Shown here piece by piece: positions 34,956 through 64,000 of a stretch of DNA of 64,000 bases. The position numbers and the translations under genes were made by a program. Source of the stretch: Vicugna vicugna. Lineage: Eukaryota. A model generated the notes under the pieces. It worked only from the letters and a program-made list of their open reading frames with translations. It searched no databases and was not told where the DNA came from. The stretch is from assembly GCA_013265495.1 (NCBI GenBank), contig MU062317.1:1858229-1922228 (forward strand), in the 5' to 3' direction. How positions within the stretch are numbered: the first letter of the stretch is position 1; the number at the start of each line of letters is the position of its first letter.

Positions 34956-37900
34956 AAAGGAGTTTGTAGGGTAAAACCAAGAGCACTGCTGATAAAAAAG
35001 AAATGAGAATTACAGAGTTGCTGGACTCAGCCCGGGCTGCGAGTCTGGTCAGGCTGCTCTTTCCTGCTGCAGAACCGCTCAGTAAGGGTGTCGGGTGTCG
35101 AGGAATCAGCTGTCCTTTGAAAACGAAGACCCAGTCAGAGAAAGTTAATGTATATTGATCCGTACACGCCGGCTTCTATTTTCTGTAACTTTTAGGGGAG
35201 ATGCGGGCTGCAGGCCATCGCGTTTACAGTCAGTTTTGGGAGGAGTAGCCCAGGACGGCCTGCTCACTGGGCGGTGGGGCGTCGGGTAGGGCGTCATCTC
35301 CCCGTTTATGCGTCCCGCACGTGTGGATTTCTGCTCCCATGGCCCGCTTTTCAAGTCCTGGACAGACCTCGGCCGTTGCCTGCGGATGGGAAGGAGGAGG
35401 GACTTGGCTTAGAAGGAAGCGCAGGCAGCCCTGCACACACAGCCCTGCAGGGCCACGAGGATCAGGGTGCCTCGTGCTGCGGGAAGGGGGCTGGTGGAAG
35501 GTGCGGGTGGGTTGACCTGGAGGAGGAGAGCCCGAAATGAGCATCCCTGTAAGCTCCAGGCGCACACGAGCCTCGTACGCTTCCTGGGGCTCGTAGGTCG
35601 GAGGCTGCGTGAGGGCCTGTGGTAGCAGCCGGCCCCGTGCGGTCAGGGAGACCCTCCAAGCCCCCCCACCCCCTGTGGCCCTGCCTGGCTGTCAGCACCA
35701 GGGGCTGAGAGGCCTCCAGGGGTCTCCTCCTCCTCCTCCATCTGGTGCTTTGTTAACTAGAAGTGTGAGGTGAACTGAGTTTCAAATTTCCTTGTAGTTC
35801 GAGAATTTTTCTTAACAGGCACAAAACAGTATTTATATTATGGCTTAAATAAAATATGTCTGAGTTCTAAGTTACTTGGTGCAGTACCAGGATATTTGGA
35901 ACTATTACAAGCTTTCAGTAGCATATACTTCTCGATCAGATTTACTTTAATGTGTTCTGAAATGTAAACTCTGCGGTGATTTCCAGGTGTGACGCTGCAT
36001 AGCAGCTGTCTGTAGCTTGCGTGTGAAGGTAAGACTGAACGGTGCCTCTGAGCTCCGGGTCTGAGCCGGTACCTGCAGAACCTGCAGCTATGATGTGGCT
36101 GCCCGCTTGGTCAGGCCATCTTGCGTGGGGAGGGGGGAGGTGTCTCGCAGACAGGGTTTCTTTTACTTTGTGTGTCGTAAGACAGGCTGAGTGCTCTGCA
36201 GTCTGTCCGTGGAGCTGGAGCACTTCCCTGCTCTTCCCAGGTACGGGGTTTCTTTTCTTAGACGGGAACTCCCTGTGGGCACGTGTGGCCCTGTTGTGAC
36301 TCTTCTGGTCCTTGAGGACGGGCGTGGGTCTTGCGGAATCAGGGAGGCACGTGCTGGTGTGGTGTGGGGGCCATTCACAGGGCAGCGGATGGGCTGGCGA
36401 TCTGGTACTACGTAGGGGGCTGTCCCGCTGCCAGGATGTCTGGGTTTCCTAAAAGGACACCTCGGGTTCCCAGAAATTCAGTTTGAGTGTAAGTGGCATT
36501 TGGCTATCAGTGACTTTATGAATTATCTGTGTAGGTTTTGTTGTGATTTGAGAAGTGCAAGAAACGTTGTGTCCGGAAGGTAGTAAAGTGAAGGGAGACT
36601 CTTCCCTTAGCCGGGGCCTTGTGGTGGCCAGTAAGTAAATTTACTCTTATGCATAGATCGTGTTGTCTCTTCTTTCTCTGCTTATGGAACCGATACGTGA
36701 TTATCGTCTGAATTTGCTTCAGGGGAGGATGATTAATTGTTTTACGTTGTTCTGATGCTTCAGGAGACATGCTCACGTTGGGGGTTAAACAGTAAACTGA
36801 GGAGATCATGCCGCACGGTCCGCAGATGAAGAATGGGAAAAGCCTCTTGTACGTGCGTTATCTAGCCGTGAGCCGCTGAGCTGAGAGGCTGTGGCCTCAG
36901 AAGGTCGAGAAATAGGGAAATCTCATGAGATATCTTAGATGTTGGGGGCAGAGTGTGTAAATCACTGCATCCTAAGAAAACGCAACACACGCGGCAGTTT
37001 TCAAAGCATGTGTAGACATTTGCTGGACCCTTTAGTCTAGAGCCAGATGAGAGTTTAGTGCGTAATTAGCTTTCCTGTCTTAGTCTCCACTACCGTCTGG
37101 TCGCGCATATGAAAACTTGTCATGGTTTGCTTTGTGTTTCATTGAGTATTCTGCCTGCTGCTTCTTAGAAGCCAGTGTGATGTTTCACCAAAACTTAACT
37201 TTTATCACTTTTGAAACATGGATCTGTGAGCCTCCAAAGTTAACCATTCAGTTGATGAGACAAACCTGGGGATTCCTGGGATTGACTCTCACAAGCAGCC
37301 AGCTGAAGTGACAGGGTCTCTACGTCAGACACACACCATCTGCTCGGGGGACACCTGTGTTCCCGTATTTTTAAACCAAGAGATATATAACAGATTTTAT
37401 ACACGCTAGTCGTGTTGTCAAACAATACCAAGAAATAATGACCTTTTAAAAGATTTATTAAGAGAATGTTCAAACATAGATTAAAAGCAGAATTTTATGT
37501 GATCATCCAGCTCCAGCATTTGCAGAATTCTGCTGGTTTTGTTTAATCTCCTTCCTTCCTATCAGAGTCCCCAAATCATTCACCTCTCTCATGAGCAAGA
37601 AGCATTTCTGACAGTTTAAGGCTCTAGTCTCCTCGTGACACCAGACGAAAGAATAGCAGCTCCTTCCTGTCATCAGATACCCAGACCATACTCAGACCTT
37701 CCTGATTTTCTCTGAGAAGTCTACATTTGGATTTTGAATCAAAATCCACCGTTTCTTAACATTAAAAAAAAATAGTGGAAAATTGAAGTACATTAGAAGT
37801 TATAAGGAACTCCATCACCAATCTAAAGCAGTTTCAGCTCCTGTCAGTCTGGCTTTTTATATGCCCTCACCCCTTTCCCTCCTTGTTGTTTTAAAGTGAA

Positions 37901-40145
37901 TTTCAGACAGTCATTTTGTTCTTTAATATGTCAGCATCCGTCTGAATGACAGGGACGACTGGGTGAGCCATGTGGATGGACTGTCCGCTGTCCAGGCTTC
38001 TGCAGTGACACCCATTACCCACCGGGGACGCCCCAGGTGCTCCCAGCACCGTCCACACAGTCTGTGTCCTGGAAGAAGGGCGGGGCTGCCTTCTGTTGCC
38101 CCTTGGAGTTGCAGTGTCTTAATTTTGGAGGTTAACTTGGATTTGGGAGTGAAAGAAAAAATAGAAAAAGGTGACGAAATTGATTTAAACTCCTCATGCA
38201 AACTTCCCCTCTCTCAAAATGCTGCTTCGTCTTGGAGGTGAGGTGTGGTACTGGTGTGGACGAGCAGGTAGGGGCCTTCTGCCACACGAGGCACTGGATG
38301 CTCAGTGGGGCTGGTTTTTACGTGAAAAGTTCAGCACCGCGTGGGAGCCTGGGGCCAGGGGCCGTGTGTGTGTGTGTCTGTGTCTGTCTGTGGGGAGGGG
38401 GTGCTCCGCTGAAGGTGCACTTTGTACTCCAGTCACTGAGCGGCTTAGGGAGCCCTTTCCAGTTGTCTGGTTCATTTGCATCTCGGCCTGTGGTGTGGGC
38501 AGTACCATTCCCATTGTGCAGTAAGTTGGTGGAAGTCGGATTCCTTGTGTGTGGCAGGACCAGAACTTGAAATCACTATATTTTGATACAGTCACTCCAT
38601 TTTGTCGTGAACGAATTTCCGCCTGGGTGTCCCTGTTAGTGACTGTGAATACTGGCGCGCTGGGGCAGGGGCCTTGGTTAGAGGGACGTGTCCTCTGTTG
38701 GTCATGAAGTGATGGCTAGTACCGCAGGTGTGAAATACCTAAGTAAAAAGTTACGTCAACACCTTGACTCACAAATATGCGCAGGAACAGATCACCTTAC
38801 GTACTTGCTTTTAAGTTCCTTAAATTTCTGAGACGTATTTCCGAAACAGAAGTTCAAGTGAAAGCTGTGGCAGATGTGGGTCATGCCGGACGACGTGAGC
38901 CCCTCGGCGCCCCGTCTTAGTGGATTAGGCGGTCCGGGCGCTGAGTCAGCGTGGCCGTGGCTTAGCCAAGGCTTTGGCACTGGGGGAGAGGAGGGAACCC
39001 GGCCACGTAAACCTGATGGTGGGGCTTGCAGGGGCTCTGGGGACTAAGAGTGGTGAAGAGAAAGGCAGAAGCGACTTCATGTAAGTAAGACTTCTAAAAT
39101 GTGCCTTTATTTTTATTATCAAAGGGGAATATATACTGCATTTCCAGTGTTTGGAAAATGAAAAGAAAAATATGACCAATAATTCTAACAAAAATGCTGT
39201 TAGTCTTATTAAATGTCTTTTTTTTTAACTCGGTATTTTTGTTGCTGTTCTTCTAAAATAGCTAAAATAATTACACACAAATTTGTTTTTCATTTAACAC
39301 ATGATGACCATTTTTTCCAGATTTTTTCCTATCTTCATTATTGTTCTTAGTGCTATTTAATAGTTCATCCAGTAAAAAGGTAATATTAGCTAGCTTTAAA
39401 AAGAAAACACTGAAAAATGTGGAGGAAAAATTGTGAATGCTGCTTCTCAGGGCCCAGATAACCTGTTAACTTTTTTGAAAAAAGGAAAAAATACATATAT
39501 AAGACAATGTGAAAAATGAAAGCTGCCCCACTATTCCTCCAAAATTTCTCCAGAAATAACCGTTAACATTTTTCTGGTGTATAGAAAAAGGCTTGCTTAC
39601 CTTAGTGTGAATGTTTGTCCTCATACGCACGGAGGGAAGAGCGGCATCACTTACACGGTGTCTGTGCCTCGTGTGTCTCAGTCACTGTGTCTTCACGGAT
39701 GAGTGTCGGAAGGGACCTCTAGTTTGTGGGGATTGGAAAGTTTTGCCTCCCGTCAGTTCAGCTCTGTGTTTGAGCAGGCCTGCTCCTTGCTGTCCGTGGG
39801 GTGCCGACTTCTCTTTGGGGAGCATTGGCTGCGTGGCCTTCTTTGAGAGTGGTGTCATGCGGTCCCTCCAGACTCCTCTAGAGGCCAGTCCAGGGTCCCT
39901 GAGCTCAGGTGAAGGAGGTGGTCCTTCCGTGGATGTGGGTGCACCACATCGAGGTGGTCCTGGACGGTGCCGCTTGAGAGTAAGCCCCTGTGCCCACCGG
40001 GCACCAGAGAGGCAGGCACTCTGGAGAGCCCCGTGGCCTTTCATCAGCGAGAATCCGTCTACAGACAGCTTCTTTTCCAGGTTAGACTTTAGAAAATACA
40101 CCTTTGACGTGAGGAATAAAGAAGGTCATTTTTTTTTAAATTTCA

Positions 40146-40250
40146 GGGTGAGGTGGGAATAGCTCAGTGGTAGATCACGGGCTTAGCAAGCATGGGGTCC
40201 TGGATTCAGTCCCCAGCACCTCCACTGAAAACACATAAAACAAAACGAAA
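40146..40250 (+). mobile_element. Vic-1-like SINE (more diverged)
   Basis: ATAGCTCAGTGGTAGA..GCTTAGCAAGCATGGGGTCCTGGATTCAGTCCCCAGCACCTCCA followed by an A-rich tail. Confidence 0.83.
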
Positions 40251-42399
40251 TTCTAAATGCCAAGTTGTTGTAGAGATCAGATAGGCTCTTTCAGGACCTT
40301 CATTTTTGTTGGTGGTAGAGTATGAATACCCTTTTTCTTAAAAACTGACAAGCAAGGATTCTGAGACCCTAGTTGGGACTCAGGCGTGGACACTGAGCAC
40401 AGGGGACTGTGGGCAGAAGGCAGGGGGACCGTTTGTGCTGCTCAGTGACGGCGGAGAAGTGGGTCTGGTGCTGCTCTCTGTGCTTGTGATGGAGGTCAAA
40501 GCGGCAGGTGTCAGGATGGCTTCTGAAACTTGTGATGTAACTGAGTTGGAGCTTCTCATCTTCAGGGTACTTAGGTTTTCAGTAAACTAATTTCTCTAGT
40601 TTGAAACAGGATGCCTGGTGATTACACTTATATATTCTTTTATAATATGTAAAAAAGAACATCTAATTAAAAGAAATACTTGAAGATCTCTGGAGCTATC
40701 CCACCTCACACTGGAGTCTGGGTCTTTATCTAAAGACCCTGTAGCATCTCAGAAAGCACTTCCTGCTTACCTGGATCCTAGGAGTTTGTTGGTTTTGCCC
40801 TTGCTTTCAAAACTGGTTTGGCTTTTAAGCTGAGCCTGAGTGTCTGCTGAGTAAAACTAACGGTGTGAGTCAGTGTAACTCAGTGTGGCCCAGCACCTCC
40901 TGACGACATCAGCTGTTACTTTCCTTCAAGTTGGTTTCAGAAGAACTGAGTGAAGTCGCTTCTGAACGGACAGAAACGCGGGACAGGCAGTGTGACTGGG
41001 CCAGAACCGCCCCGCATGAGCGGTCAGGGAGCGCGTCCTCACAGCCCTCTGTCTGCTGCAGAGTGATTCGTGTTCTCCCGGTGGTGTTGTCATCTCACAC
41101 GTTAATAGTCACCAGCTGCAGTCCTAGGAGTCAATATGTGGAAAAGGTGACTGACCACACAGGATAGAAGTTCTGTGGTGTGGCCTCTCCCACATCTAAC
41201 TTCGCCGAGGCCCAGGGATTCTGCATTAGCGAGGCTTCCCCCTGTTTCCGACACCCACTTAAAGAAATGCCTTTAGAAACAGCTGTTTGGATCAGAAATA
41301 TTTCTGAAACGGTATCACTGTGATTGCCTTCCTGAATGCCGTAGTGGCAGACCTGTGTGCCCGAGGTGTGTTTCAGTCTCAAAAAAATAAACAACTACTG
41401 TTAACTAAATATCTGGCATATATTATACTAACCCTGTGACTTCTACACAAAGTCAGTGATGGAAAAATCTCCCTCTGTATTTGCTTAGGAAAGGAGGCCC
41501 TTGCATGCGCTGCGCTTGCATGTGGGAGCTAATTGTGTTCTTAAGTGATTACAAGATGTTGGTAATTATATCTTCAGCTTCGTGATCCGTCGGCCATATT
41601 TATGACCGACTTAACAGCCGACTTGGTCGGAGATGCAGCCCCTAGTTAGGACATTCCACTGGGAAGATGAGTCTCTGCTTTAACAGGACCGTTTTGTTTT
41701 GACTCTGACTTCAGCTCTGTCTGATGGGTGTGGGCAGGGCCGGGAGTGGGGCAGGGCTGCTGTGCTCTGCCTGTGGCTGGGCCTATGAGGACCGGCGGTG
41801 GTTCTGAGTCTTCTTGGGTCCCAGGGCCCATTTCGGGGGGAGAGCATGTTGTCCCTGAGTCAGAGGCCTGCTGGACACCACACTGAGCCCTTCTGGAATC
41901 GCTGAGTGGACATTCTGACATCATCTGGGCAGTTGTGGGTTCGGGATCATTGATGTGGTTTTGTGGTTTTGAGGTGCTGGCGATGTGGCTTCTGGGTTGC
42001 CGCTGTACCCCGTTTCCTAAACTCACTCACTGGCCCTGGCTTGTACACGTCAGTCTTTGGTTCCTGAGTTTACAGCGGGACCCAGAGCTGTCCCACAGTT
42101 TTCCTCTCTCAGCCCACCGCTGTCTTTTGAGTAGTCTGTTAGATGTCATCGTTACACAAAGCTAGTGTGTGATCGTACTGAGATTTTGTTAACCGGCCCT
42201 TGGTGGGCACTATACGTTCCAGTGAATACTGACGAAAAGGGCTCTGATTTGTAGTGAAACCGTAGCCCTCACAACTTCAGCTTCCTTTTCTCACCTGCTT
42301 CATTACATTTCTCAGTTACTGATTATTAATTTTTTCATCCTGTGTTTCTTTCAGATCTCAGATCCTTTGAGGTGGCATCAGGAGCACTGAGAGCAGAAG

Positions 42400-63323
<20,924 letters not shown>

Positions 63324-64000
63324 TGAGGTGCATGGTCCCAAGGGCATTAGAACACAGTCATGCGGGAGGTGAGGCCGTCCAGCACTGACACATGTGCGCA
63401 ATCGATGCCTCTAGGCTGGCCTCCCTCTGCTCTGGGCTGAGCCCATCTTGCCCTCTCCCAGCCCATCACACCCCCAGCTCCCGCTGCCTCTGCCCCGACA
63501 GGCCAGGCTCATGCCGCAGCTCAGGGCCATGCGGTCGGCGAGGCCAGGAGCAGAGGACGCCGTTCCATCCAGCCGAGGCTGGTCCCGGTCCTCAGCTGTG
63601 ACGCTAATGAGTGTGGGAGGTGGACGAGCTTCCCTAGGCTTCCCTGAAACCAGCCCGCGTGTTGCTCTGAGAAGACGTGGAAAGTTCTGGCTGAGCTTTC
63701 CTGACCACTGAGTGTCAGCAGGAGGCCCCGTCCCAGGGTGGGGTCGCCGTGTGACACCCCGAAGGCGGTGTCCGTCAGCAGCCCTCTGTGCGTGGGCCCC
63801 TCAGACAAGTGAGGAGCAGACTTACTCCCACGTTGCGCTGACCTGGATCGGGGCCGGCTGGGGTGTCTCTGTCGTGGTCTCTGTCGCAGCTTTTAGTTAA
63901 GCTTTCCCCCGCCGGGAGTGCTTGGGAGTGGGTGCCGGAGGCTCCAGGCGGGTGCGCGAGCGTGCCTTCCCGCTGCGCCTGCTCCTTGTCATCAGGCTGT

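Overview
Mammalian genomic DNA holding most of one gene, GNB1 (G-protein beta-1 subunit), on the + strand. It runs from the CpG-island promoter and non-coding exon 1 (ending at 761) through a 49-nt non-coding exon 2 (30837-30885) and eight coding exons (42400-63234; 916 nt, residues 1-305 plus one base of Gly306). The last coding exon and 3' UTR lie beyond the window. The encoded protein matches human/bovine Gbeta1 as I recall it, except Thr196Ser. Seven copies of a tRNA-Ala-derived SINE resembling camelid Vic-1, with no recognisable Alu, Bov-A/Bov-tA, CHR or PRE-1 elements, suggest a camelid (alpaca/llama/camel). The introns are full of old L1, L2, MIR, MaLR-LTR and DNA-transposon relics, many shifted towards GC. 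I found no new protein-coding gene or multi-gene system; the long ORFs in the track are GC-content artefacts. The best leads are regulatory: a complete 10-codon uORF inside the 49-nt exon 2; inverted lineage-specific SINEs bracketing that exon and exons 3-7; the T196S change; a four-half-site DR1 array; a perfect 24-bp palindrome; a recursive-splice-like AG|GTGAGA cassette; and strong G-quadruplex motifs. Repeat family names and human comparisons are from memory, not database searches.
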